This document shows, one piece after another, positions 51,424 to 63,190 of a stretch of DNA of 64,000 nucleotides. The DNA lies in contig NC_043019.1 in assembly GCF_006345805.1 (NCBI RefSeq), positions 28,581,360-28,645,359 of the forward strand, written 5' to 3'. How positions within the stretch are numbered: position 1 is the stretch's first letter; the number at the start of each line of letters is the position of its first letter. Source of the DNA: Octopus sinensis. Lineage: Eukaryota. The notes beneath the pieces are model-generated. The model saw nothing but the letters and a program-made list of their open reading frames with translations. It had not been told where the DNA came from and searched no databases. The position numbers were made by a program, and so were the translations under genes.

Positions 51424-51595
51424 CAGTGTCGTCTTAAGACATGGACACGCTAGGCAATTGCTCAGAGGGGAAAATGGAGCCCAGGTCTAGTAAGCAATTT
51501 TAATCTGTGTATGCTGTGGTTTACTATCAGTAAATATTCTAGGGTCCCGTGCACTGGTTTACTCGGAAGCCTATAATGCTGTTAAGACGGCTCTG
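51424..51595. mobile_element. hAT-type MITE (172 bp)
   Basis: TIRs cagtgtcgtcttaa / ttaagacggctctg; TSD ggtattgt / ggttttgt. Confidence 0.85.
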
Positions 51596-52262
51596 GGTTT
51601 TGTGTGTGATTTGAGAAAGATCTTGCTGCTATTTCTAGCTGGTCGAACGATTACGTAGTGTTTTGAAAGTAGGCAACACTGCTACCTGGACGAGAACACA
51701 GAAAATTTTATGTGGGTACTGGAGATGAAAGGTGGATGTAGTGGGAAGCAATAGTTTCATTTTGTAGATATGTTATGTGTATCAGTGTGTGTATGTGCGA
51801 ATCCACCACATGAGAAAGTAGTACTTTGAAGATATTTTCAAACAACTGTTGAAACTGTGGATGGCATCTTCCATATTAGTATGGCCCAATCAACATTTTG
51901 TATCACAACATGGAGTTCACTTTATTTCCTTCATTGTTATCTTCGTTCCATAACTGTCTGTTGTTCCTGAATAGTGAATGAATTTCCTTCTGTGCCAGAT
52001 GTAATGTATCTGTCACAAGTTTGTATATGTGTGTATATGTGCATGCACACGTGCACACGCATTTGTTTATAATCCTTATCTCTTATCTTTTTTTTTAACT
52101 AAACTCCTTTTTACATTATATATATTTAAAAAAAGAAATATTTTTCCATTCCTTCCTGGTTGAATCTGCTTTCCCCTACTTATTTCCATCCTTTTACCTT
52201 ATCACTTCACCCACTGACCATCTATAAACACCCCATCCCTCCTATTCCATCATTTGCTTAAT

Positions 52263-52680
52263 AGGCGCAGGAGTGGCTGTGTGCTAAGTAGCTTGCTAAC
52301 CAACCACATGGTTCCGGGTTCAGTCCCACTGCGTGGCATCTTGGGCAAGTGTCTTCTGCTATAGCCTCGGGCCGACCAAAGCCTTGTGAGTGGATTTGGT
52401 AGACGGAAACTGAAAGAAGCCTGTCGTATATATGTATATATATGTATGTATGTGTGTGTATATGTTTGTGTGTCTGTGTTTGTCCCTCTAGCATTGCTTG
52501 ACAACCGATGCTGGTATCTTTACGTCCCCGTTACTTAGCGGTTCGGCAAAAGAGACCGATAGAATAAGTACTGGGCTTGCAAAAGAATAAGTCCTGGGGT
52601 CGATTTGCTCGACTAAAGGCGGTGCTCCAGCATGGCCGCAGTCAAATGACTGAAACAAGTAAAAGAGTAAAAGAGTAAAG
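52263..52680 (+). mobile_element. SINE family A, young
   Basis: Near consensus, ends (taaaagag)n. Confidence 0.9.
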
Positions 52681-52809
52681 AGATATCACTGCTAGGCTTT
52701 CCCAACACTCCACTTTATTTATCTGTCACTCTAAGTTTCCTTAATCTCTGTGATTAACTTTTTAAGAACTTACCATCAGATATGTTATAAAAATTATTCC
52801 TCACCCAGT

Positions 52810-52975
52810 GATTCTTCTTCTTCTTCTTCTTCTTCTTCTTCTTCTTCTTCAACATCTTCTTCTTCTTCTCTTCTTCTTCTCTTCTTCTTCTTCTTCTTCT
52901 TCTTCTTCTCCTCTTCTCCTCCTCCTCCTCCTCCCCCTCACCATCATCATTAATATTATTATTATTATTATTAAG
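52810..52975. repeat. Compound (TTC)n/(TCC)n/(ATT)n microsatellite
   Basis: Direct reading. Confidence 0.95.
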
Positions 52976-54219
52976 GTGTCAAGCTGGTAGAATTGTTAGC
53001 CACTTAGCAGCATTGCATCCGTCTTTACATTCTGAGTTCACATTCCTCCAAGGTCAACTTTGCCCTTCATCCTTCCAGGGTCGATAAAATAAGTACCAGT
53101 TGAGTACTGGGAGGAGGTGGGGCTCAATGTAATCAACTAGCCCTTTCCCCAAAAATTCCAGGCCTTATGCCATTTGGAGAAAAGATTATTATAAAAACCC
53201 AAGGTGGCAAGCTGGTAGAATCGTTAGCATGCCGGCATAGCAGTATTTCATCCATGTGAATGTTCTTAGTTCAAATTCCACCAAGGTTGACTTTGCCTTT
53301 CATCCTTTCGAGGTCGATAAATTAGTTAGCGTATTCAATTCACAATTGTAAGACCATGAGTTCAATTCCCTGCAGCACATTGTGTCCTTCAACAAGACAC
53401 TTTATTTCAGATTGCTCTATTTCACTCAGCTAGCAAAAAATGAGTTGTACCTATTTTTCAACTGAACCTCCATGTGAGCTGCATTATGAGTACTCTTGTC
53501 TGTGGAGTACTCAGCCACTTGCACATTAATTTCACAAGTGGGTTGTTCAGTTGATCATATCAGCTGGAACATTCGTCATCATAACCAAGGGAGTACCCTG
53601 CAGACATGGGTGTATGGTAAGAAATTCGCTTCCCAACATGGTCCTGAGTTCAGTTCCACTGCATGGCACCTTGGGCTAATGTCTTCTACTATAGCCCTGG
53701 GCCAACCAAAGTCTTGTAAGTGGATTTGGTTGACAGAAACTGAAAGAAGCCCATAGCATATAAACGTATATATATACTTGTGCATGTACAATCTAAAACC
53801 AGAAGGAAATCAAGGCAGACAACTAATAATTTTAACTAATAGTAAAATATGTCTATAAAACATAGCCAATTTATGTCATCATCATCACTGTAATATCTAC
53901 TTTTCCATGCTTGCATAGATCAGGCACAACTTTGATTGAGGCAGAATCGAACAAAGAACGGCCTGAACATACTTTTGCAGAGAACTACAAACAAAAGACA
54001 CTGTATGAACGCTAAAGCTTTTTGTTCATAATCAGTATTCACATGTCAAGGCATCTCAAGTAGTCCAGACATGCTTTCATGGTGTAGGCACAAAATTCTG
54101 TCATTCTGAAGCTATAGAAGTGCTAAATTGAATGAAGAATAAATCAAAGAGAATTTTAAACTATGCAGCAGCATAAAATAGATAATAAAGCTAATATACA
54201 CACACTTGAGATTCATATG

Positions 54220-54261
<42 letters not shown>

Positions 54262-54557
54262 TTATATATATGTGTGAGTGTGTGTGTGTGTGTACGTGTG
54301 TGTATACAGATACATACGCATACATAAATACATTTTTGTGTATATGCATAAAAATATGTTTATACATATATATGCTTACACAAGTATATATAATATATAT
54401 GCACACACACACACACGCACACAAATATATACATATATACACTTTGCCAGTATGAAAAATGCCCATTAAATGCAGATGATGACAATGTTGATGATGATGA
54501 TGTGTGTGTGTGTATGCATGTATATGTATATATATATTTATGCATATATATATATAT

Positions 54558-54970
54558 ACTCTTTTACTATTTTACTTGTTTCAGTCATTTGACTGCGGCC
54601 ATGCTGGAGCACCGCCTTTTTAATCGAGCAACTCGACCCCGGGACTTATTCTTTTTGTAAGCCCAGTACTTATTCTATCGGTCTCTTTTGCCGAACCGCT
54701 AAGTAACAGGGACATAAACACACCAGCATCGGTTGTCAAGCAATGCTAGGGGGACAAACACAGACACACAAACAAACACACATACCTATATATATATACA
54801 TATATACGACAGGCTTCTTTCAGTTTCCGTCTACCAAATCCACTCACAAGGCATTGGTCGGCCCGGGGCTATAGCAGAAGACACTTGCCCAAGATGCCAC
54901 GCAGTGGGACTGAACCCGGAACCATGTGGTTGGTTAGCAAGCTACTTACCACACAGCCACTCCTGCGCCT
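54558..54970 (-). mobile_element. SINE family A, young
   Basis: Near-consensus reverse complement. Confidence 0.9.
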
Positions 54971-55001
54971 ACATACATATAAATATGTATATATATGTAT
55001 A

Positions 55002-55049
<48 letters not shown>

Positions 55050-55571
55050 AACATGTGTGTGTATGTATGTATATGTATGTGTGTGTGTTAATGTTTGTAT
55101 GTGTGTGTATTAATGTTTGTTTTTATGTTCAGTTATAATAAAAACTATCTCACATTAATCTAATGGGTTACTCTATACTTTTGTAGAGTACAAATTTATT
55201 ATTCTTAAACAAGAACATTGTTGACAGTGAGTTCACAGTTTCAGCTACACTATACATATTTATGTTGTTATGCATATATATGTATAAAAGAACAAAAACA
55301 TAAAGAGTTAGACAACAGGTATCAGATTAGATTATGCCTTATTTATACTCATACAACTTAATAAGAGAAACAAATATTTAAAGGGCTGGCATAGGTAGGA
55401 GGATGTCGGTGAGATTCTTCACTGTTGGGACTTCTTAATACTTGTGGTGTAAAACAGATACACAGCAGGATACCAGGGTGATTCATGCATAGGTATATAC
55501 ATATACATATGTACATAGAGACATATATACATATATGTGTGCGTGCGTGTGGATATGTGTGTTTCCGTTTA

Positions 55572-55615
<44 letters not shown>

Positions 55616-55751
55616 AGATAAGAAAATGGAGAAATATATCTAAATCAAATATCAATTACCAGATAATACTCAATCACATACTTTATTAAACCACCACATA
55701 AGAGACTGTAGGGTTACACCCAAGTATAGTACATTTATTCCTGAATTGCTA

Positions 55752-55788
<37 letters not shown>

Positions 55789-55792
<4 letters not shown>

Positions 55793-56080
55793 CTTTTGAT
55801 GAACTCATCAGTCCGTCTAATAAGGGCTTTTTGGTACTGTTTCCTTGGTGGGATAGCAATGTTCTTCAAGGAAGTGTTGAGGTCGATTCTTGTCAGCATT
55901 TTTTCTTGGTGATGGTTATAAGGGCACTGGGGTGTGCTAGGATATGTAGGTCCCGGGTTGAGTCGGGGTTAACCACAGTAAATAAGGTACTCAATACAAA
56001 CCATCGGTCCGACTGATTAACCCAACCAAGTCTGACATCGGATCCGTCAGCAAGAAGATCCTGGACAGGATTTTACCAAA
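55789..56080. mobile_element. Penelope-like element fragments, head to head
   Basis: Minus from ATG 55899: MLTRIDLNTSLKNIAIPPRKQYQKALIRRTDEFIKR. Plus 55998-56078: KPSVRLINPTKSDIGSVSKKILDRILP. Both resemble PLE ORF motifs. (AT)n on both sides. Confidence 0.75.
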
Positions 56081-56707
56081 TATATATATATATATAATAT
56101 ATATATATATATACATATACACACACATGCTTATATACATATACATAAATACATACATACATACACACACACACACATATACATACACCAAATATTATAG
56201 ATAGATAATATACATAATTGTATATCAATATCATCATCAGCAGCAGCAGCATGGACAATTATATGCTGATGATGATATACAAGTATGTGTATTATGTATA
56301 TATAATATATGGTGTATGTATGTATATACATATATATGTGTGCATATTTATGTGTGTATGTATATATATATATATATGAGCAAAATGCCCTCTGTCCAAT
56401 GGACAGTGCTGAGTTGTAAACATTTAAACCAAATTTTCTCAAAACAACTTGTCCGACTGTCCCATAGGCCTCACCTTTGAGAAACACTGATTTAACCTAA
56501 ATTTGAGACACCAAACAGGCCGGCTTTTTTGTGCTAACTGCATGTGCATTTTTCTTGCATACATGTAGTATCAATCGCAACAGCTGATGTACTTGCACGT
56601 ACAAATGCACATTCCCATGGCTTTATCGATCGCATTCTCACCTGGAATAGATGTTTGTAATTTTTTCAAGACTTATGCAAGCCCTGATACCATTGGTATC
56701 TACATAT

Positions 56708-57332
56708 CAGGGTGCATGGTCTAAATGGGACCTCCCTAAGAGGAAACTAACATGGACTGACCTGTGGAGGCTGGAACCTTTTCACATCTTCCTGCCATGA
56801 GCAATGTATGACACACTTCCAACACCAACGAACCTGTAAGATGAGGTTTGAGGGAAGGCCAGCTGTGTAGACTTTGTGGAGAAAGGGGCACTCTGGCATA
56901 CATTTTGGCAGAGTGCAGCATAGTACTTTCCCAAGGCAGATATAACTGGCACCATGTTAGGATGCTTGCAACATTTGCTCACACTCTGGAGTCGGAAAGG
57001 CAAAAAAAACCATCATCACTAGGGGAAGGCAACAGCAATTAAGTTCATGAAAGAGGGAGAGAGGCTAGTAAAAGTCGGCAAAAACAATGTATAGCTTGCT
57101 GCATGGATCTCACCCATGGGATATGAAAAAGGACTTAGGGGAGAGATTGCAGTTTTCCCAGGTTGTCCATATAACCCTAAAGCCAGATGTGGTCTTGTAG
57201 TCTGAAAAGGACAAGAAAATTATTGTAATTGAACTCACAGTCCCATGGAAAGAGGAGTGTGATGAAGCCCATGAATGAAAGCATGCCAGATATGAGAGCC
57301 TTCTGCAGGATTGCAGGGAGAATGAATGGCAG
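56708..57332 (+). pseudogene. HERO-like (R2/NeSL group) non-LTR zinc-knuckle plus RLE remnant
   Basis: QGAWSKW..RKLTWTDLWRLEP..YDTLPTPTNL..CRLCGERGTLAYILAEC..LSQGRYNWHH..KPDVVL*SEKDKKIIVIELTVPWKE..ARYESL, with stops and frameshifts. Confidence 0.85.
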
Positions 57333-57700
57333 GTAGACAGAAACTGCAAGAAGCCCGTCGTATATATGTAAAGGGAAAGTTTACGAAAATAAACAAAAGA
57401 AGAAGGCAGGTGGAGTACAAACAAACAAATGTATTAGTATAGCGCTCAGGAATAGAAAAAGTCTTTTACGTTTCGAGCCATACATATATGTATGTATGTG
57501 TGTGCATATGTGTCTGTGTGTCTATGTTTGTCCCCCCAACATTGCTTGACAACCGATGCTGGTGTGTTTACGTCCCCGTAACTTAACGGTTCGGCAAAAG
57601 AGACCAATAGAATAAGTCCTGGGGTCGATTTGCTCAACTAAAGGTGGTGCTCCAGCATGGCCACAGTCAAACGACTGAAACTAGTAAAAGAGTAAAAGAT
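57333..57700 (+). mobile_element. Partial family A copy with an insert (57370-57479) in its (AT)n
   Basis: aagcccgtcgtatatatgta|aagggaaag...acgtttcgagcc|atacatatatg. Confidence 0.75.
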
Positions 57701-57924
57701 GAGAAAGTAGGGTTTGTATGTGGAAAATGCACAGGTACTATGGTACTATGGTACTATGGTACTATTCAGCTGCTGTAATTACCTGAAAGCAGAATTGGCA
57801 CATACTGCAATCCCTTCCCTTCTGACACCTCCACCTCCACCCCACCCCACCGAACCATTTCCATTCCTTGTTATCATTCCTGTCCACAATATTTCTACCA
57901 ATCACCTCCTTGCTATGCTTTCAG

Positions 57925-58200
57925 TCACTGCTCTCTCTCTCTCACTCTCTCTCTTTCTCTCACTCTCTTTCTCTCACTCTCTTTCTCTCTCTCCCTCTCT
58001 CTTTCCCCTCTCTCTCACCCTCTGTCCCACTCTCTCCCTCTGTCCCACTCTCTCTCTCTCTCTATCTCTCTCTCACTCTCTCTCTCTTTCTCTCACTCTC
58101 TCTCCCTCTCTCTTTCCCCTCTCTGTCCCACTCTCTCTCCCTCTGTCCCACTCTCTCTCTCTCTCTCTCTATCCCTCTCTCTCTCTCACCCCTCCACTAA
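57925..58200. repeat. Long CT-rich polypyrimidine complex repeat
   Basis: (CT)n interspersed with recurrent ctctgtcccactct and ctttcccct blocks. Confidence 0.95.
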
Positions 58201-58932
58201 ACTCTATTCTTAACACTTCTCTTATCTGCTTTCTTTCTCAATACCCTCTCATATCATATCTATAGCACCTTTATGTACCTGTGCATGTTCTTCTCCACTG
58301 CTTCTACACTTTACATATCATGCTACTACTTCTTGACCTCTTCTTCTTCTACCTAATTCACTCCTGTATCTCTCACTTTACCCCTCTCCATTCTGGTATT
58401 CTCCCCTTCAACTGCACCTCTACCCTAGTTCCTCACACTATATTCTGTTGCTCCCCTCCACACCCTTATGAAAGAATCCACTCTCTCTTCCCTTCCCATA
58501 ACCCACTGTCTGTATCCAATCTTATGCTCACACTCTTGTACCTCAAGTACCTCAGCACTTCATCACTACCTTCCTCTTGTCTCCTTCAGCCAAGTATCTC
58601 CTCTATAGCAAGATGCCTGAGTTTGTCCTTCTATTATAGTCTAGCCAGTCAACACTTGGCATAAAGCCTCCCACCTAACTACCTTCCCCTCTTAGTAGTG
58701 GGAACTTTTTCTTTTTTTTTTTCTTGTTCTTTTTCTGTCTTGCTAGTTTAATCAGGTGTCCTCACCAGGGTCCTATCGGCAGGTAAAAAAAAAAAACACC
58801 AATACATTCTGTAAAGTGATTGGCATTAGGAGGGGCATACAGCATTAGAAACCATGCCAAATTTGACAATGGATCCTGTCAAACTGTTCAACCCATGCTA
58901 ATATGGAAAATGGATGTTAAATGATGATGATG

Positions 58933-58975
<43 letters not shown>

Positions 58976-59165
58976 GAATAAGGGTAGAAATTGACATTAA
59001 TCAATTAAAACCAGTGGCCTAGCATATTTTTAAAAAATCTGAAGATTAAAAATATTTTTACATACAAAATTTAAAGGATTGACCACTAAAAGTGGAAAAT
59101 AGCGATTTTGACGTCTATATCTAGCATATAGACTGTCCACTTTTAGTGGTCAGTCCTTTAAATTT

Positions 59166-59209
<44 letters not shown>

Positions 59210-59212
<3 letters not shown>

Positions 59213-59810
59213 TTTAATGTCCGTTTTCCATGCTGGCATGGGTTGGACAGTTTTGACTGAGGGCTGACAGTTTGACAGAAGGCTGCACCAGGCTCCAATC
59301 TGATCTGGTGATATTTCTACAGCTGGAAGCCCTTCCTAATGCCAACCACTCCAAGAGTGTAGTGGGTGCTTTTTATATGCCACCAGCACAGGGGCCAGTC
59401 AGGCGGGCCTGACATCGATCACTTTCAGATAATGCTTTTTACATGCCACTGGCGCAGGAGCCAGTCAGGGGGTACTGGCATCAGCCACATTCAGTTGGTG
59501 CTTTTTACATGGCACCAGCACAAGAGCCAGTCAGTGGGTACTGGCATTGGCCACGTTTGGATGGTGCTTTTTATGTAGCACCAGCACAGGAGCCAGTCAG
59601 GGGACACAGGCATCAACCACGTTCAGATGAATCATTTTACATGCCACAAGAACGGGAGCCAATCAGGGGGTTACGATTTTGGTTTTACTTGTCTCAACAG
59701 GTCTTCTCAAGCATATCATATCGCCTGATATGGGCTGGATATGTAACTTAAATAAGCCGGATATGCAACACTGGCATTGGCCGTGGCTGTGATCTCACTT
59801 TAGTTGCTGA
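59210..59810 (-). mobile_element. Family C with 66-bp array
   Basis: Motif at 59367, 59433, 59499, 59565 and about 59632; same flanks as 5180-5800. Confidence 0.85.
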
Positions 59811-60044
59811 TTTTTTATCTTTTACTTATAAAAGTTATTAGACTGCAGCCATGCTGGGATGCCATCTTGAAGAATTTTAGTTGAAATAACTGAGCCCAAT
59901 GCTTTTTTTTAAAACCTGATATCAGTTGTTGAGCCACTAAGTTATGGGGTCATAAACACACCAAAACTGGTTGTCAAGCAGAGGTAGGGGGCCAAACAAA
60001 GACACAAAGGCACACACACATTAGATATAACTACATACATACAT

Positions 60045-60045
<1 letters not shown>

Positions 60046-60118
<73 letters not shown>

Positions 60119-60185
60119 TGACAAATAGGTAGATAGATAGATAAATAGACAGATAGACAGATAGACAGACAGACAGATAGATAAT
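60046..60185. repeat. (GATA)n/(GACA)n microsatellite
   Basis: Direct reading. Confidence 0.95.
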
Positions 60186-61105
60186 AATAGGGATAAATAT
60201 GCCTACTAGCAGCTCTAATTCCACCTTTTTCTTGAGACCAGTTTGACCAGCTCATGAAACATTTTATAGCTTACATACAGAAAGATATCTACTTATATAA
60301 CCTGGATGGAAGGTGTATGTATATACATATCAAGATTTTTCAATTTCTGTTTCACTTGTCACATAGATGTTATCATAGCTGTGTCTAATTTAATTTATTT
60401 AGAATTATTGAGTGAGCACATTTGTGATAAATACCTCGTTTTTAGTGGAGTCAAATGTATGATGTGAATCACGTGTGTCCATCTAGCTATCTATGCATTT
60501 ATCTCTGTAATGAATTTTACATATGTGTGTCTTTGTGTGTGTATGTATGTCTGTGTGTGTGTATATATATATATATATAATATATATATTATATATATAT
60601 ATATATATTATATATATATATATAATTGTTAAAGAGGACAACAAACGTTAAGGCAAGGCAAACATCTCAAGTCATATATATTATTATTATTGAAATATAT
60701 ATATATATACACACACATATATATATGTATATATATATATATAATATATATATGCATGTATATTATAAACTATACATTAAATGTGTGTGTGCATGCATGC
60801 GTGTGTGAGTGCATGTGTGTGTGTATGTGTGTTTGTCCCACGCCACTACTTAACAACCAGTGATGGTGTGTTTATGTCCTCGTAACTTAGCACATCAGCA
60901 AAAGCGACCAATAGAATAAGTAACATGCTTATTAAAAGTAATTAAAAGTATTGGGGTTGATTTATTATTTTAGTAAATTTCTTCAAGGTGGTGCCCCAGC
61001 ATGGTCGCAGTCTAATGACTGAGATAAGTAAAAGATAAAAGATAAAAGATGATTTCCAAGCTGGGAAAACATTGACTCAAATGTTTTGTAAAGAAGAAGC
61101 TGAAG

Positions 61106-61535
61106 TAGTGTATCTTCCAGCATACAAGTTGACATAGTACACGATGGGGTACTGTAAAGTTCCTAGCTCTAAGGGTATCACAAAAGGCCTGGCTGGAGGC
61201 CCAACCCTCTGAGTTGTTTCACAGGACTTAGAAAAACTGAAGGACTGCTGCAGTAAGTGTGTGAATGTGAGAGAGGAATATGTTGAATAAAATCATAATT
61301 AACTGATCTTCCTGTCTTTTCTTTGCCCCAAAGCCAGGAACTTTTCAGCACCCCCTTGCATAACATAAATCTGTATTGTAAACGTTCAAACTTCATCATT
61401 ATCTTACCAAATCCTGCTGCATTTCACATAAAATTTTTGGTCCCTCATAGTCATCTTGGATTATAAGTCAACCTACCTTTTCCTGGCTGTAAATTTTGGT
61501 CAACCAATTTGATTTGTAGGCCAGAAAATACTGTA
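61106..61535. mobile_element. pogo-like MITE containing a mariner MITE (61138-61362)
   Basis: Removing 61138-61362 restores collinearity with 39673-39881. Confidence 0.8.
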
Positions 61536-62556
61536 GATGACAGTTGACTTGCATACTATGATATTTTCAAGATAATTACAAAACCTTGTAAGACAATTAA
61601 TAGATGTGAACTTGGATCTGTTGCGATTGCAACTGTCATGAAGCAGATTGCAAATGAAATTACCAAAGTCATCTGTTTGAGTAACAAAAATGAATCTTTA
61701 GTGATGCTTGTTTTGCCTCTGTAGCACATGTATAAATATAATGGCTTGTGTTACCTCAGTAGAACATATATACATATAAATGAAAAGCACATTTGAGATT
61801 GTGGCCGTTGCCAGTACCGCATGACTGGACCTCATGCCAATGGCACATAAAAGCACCCACTACACTCTCGAAGTGGTTGGCATTAGGAAGGGCATCTAGC
61901 TGTAGAAACTCTGCCAGATCAGATTGGAGCCTGGCGCAGCCATCTGGTTCGCCAGTCCACAGTCAAATCGTCCAACCCATACCAGCATGGAAAGCGAACG
62001 TTAAACGATGATGATGATGATGATGAATGACTTGTTCTGCTTCTATAATACATATATATATGCAGTACATAAATAAATATATAAGGGTCAGGGTCTATTG
62101 CTTTATTTTCAAAATGCTGTGCCAATGGTTCTTTGCATAAACAGTATGGGTCCATCCTCGGCATTTAATTTCAAGACAACTAAGATGATTTCTTCAAAAT
62201 GTTTTTGTTCTTCTTATGAAAGCTGTCAACCCTATCAAACCAAATTCATTTCATGATCATCTTTTTCAGGAACTTAATGATTGAAATGTTGAAAAGTTTA
62301 AACACTTAGTGATGTATTGAGGGGTAACAGCTATCAATAAGTAATTGTCTTTCATTACACTGTGGCACTTTGGGACAGTTTTGTGTTATTGCTGACTAGG
62401 AAACAACTTAGTGAATGAACATATGGTTGCTGCCAGACGTGATGTACTTTAACCTCAGATATATTTCAAGACCTTAATTTCAGAACAAACATTTACAAGA
62501 AAAATATTGTAACCTTATATCTTGCAAAACAGTAATTAATATTTTCATTGGAAATA

Positions 62557-63190
62557 AGGCGGTGAGCTGACAGAATTGTTAGAATACTGGGCCAAATGCT
62601 TAGCGACATTTTGTCCATCTTCGCATTCTGAGTTCACATTCCACCGAGGTTAACTTTGCCTATCATCCTTTCAGGGTTGATAAAATAAGTACCAGTTGAG
62701 CACTGGGGTTAATGTAATCAACTAACCCCCTTCCCCCAAAATTGCTGATCATGTGCTAAAATTTGAAACCTAAGATAGCAAGCCGATAGAATTATTACCA
62801 CGTTTCAGCTATCTTTACCTTCTGAGTTCAAATTCTGCTGCAGTCAACTTTGCCTTTCATCCTTTCGGGATCAATGAAATGAGCACCGGTTGAACATTGG
62901 GGGTTGATGTAATAGAATAATGCTCACCACCAAAATTGCTGGCTTTGTGCCAAAGTTTGAAATTATTTAACGCAGTGAGCTGGCAGAATCATTAGCACAA
63001 CAGGAAAAATACTTCATCTGTCTTTATGTTCTGAGTTCACATTCCGTCAAGATCAACATTGTCTTTAATCCTTTTGGGGTTGGTAAAATAATTACTAGTT
63101 AATCACTGGGGTTGATGTAGTAGTCTGGTTCTCTTCCGCCATGCCCCACCCTTGAAATTGTTGGCCTAATACCAAAAATTTGAAACCAAT
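62557..63190 (+). mobile_element. Three tandem B2-type SINE copies
   Basis: Repeated gagctg(a/g)cagaat...ctgagttca.att...atcctt..ggg...ggggtt.atgta...aaattg units at about 62557, 62775 and 62970. Confidence 0.75.

Noticed and set aside
57714-58265. 183-aa Leu/Ser-rich ORF, the longest in the track
   Set aside because: Translation of a CT microsatellite.
61570-61725. About 50-codon open frame (IITKPCKTINRCELGSVAIATVMKQIANEITKVI)
   Set aside because: Weak splice signals and no family match; length is expected by chance.
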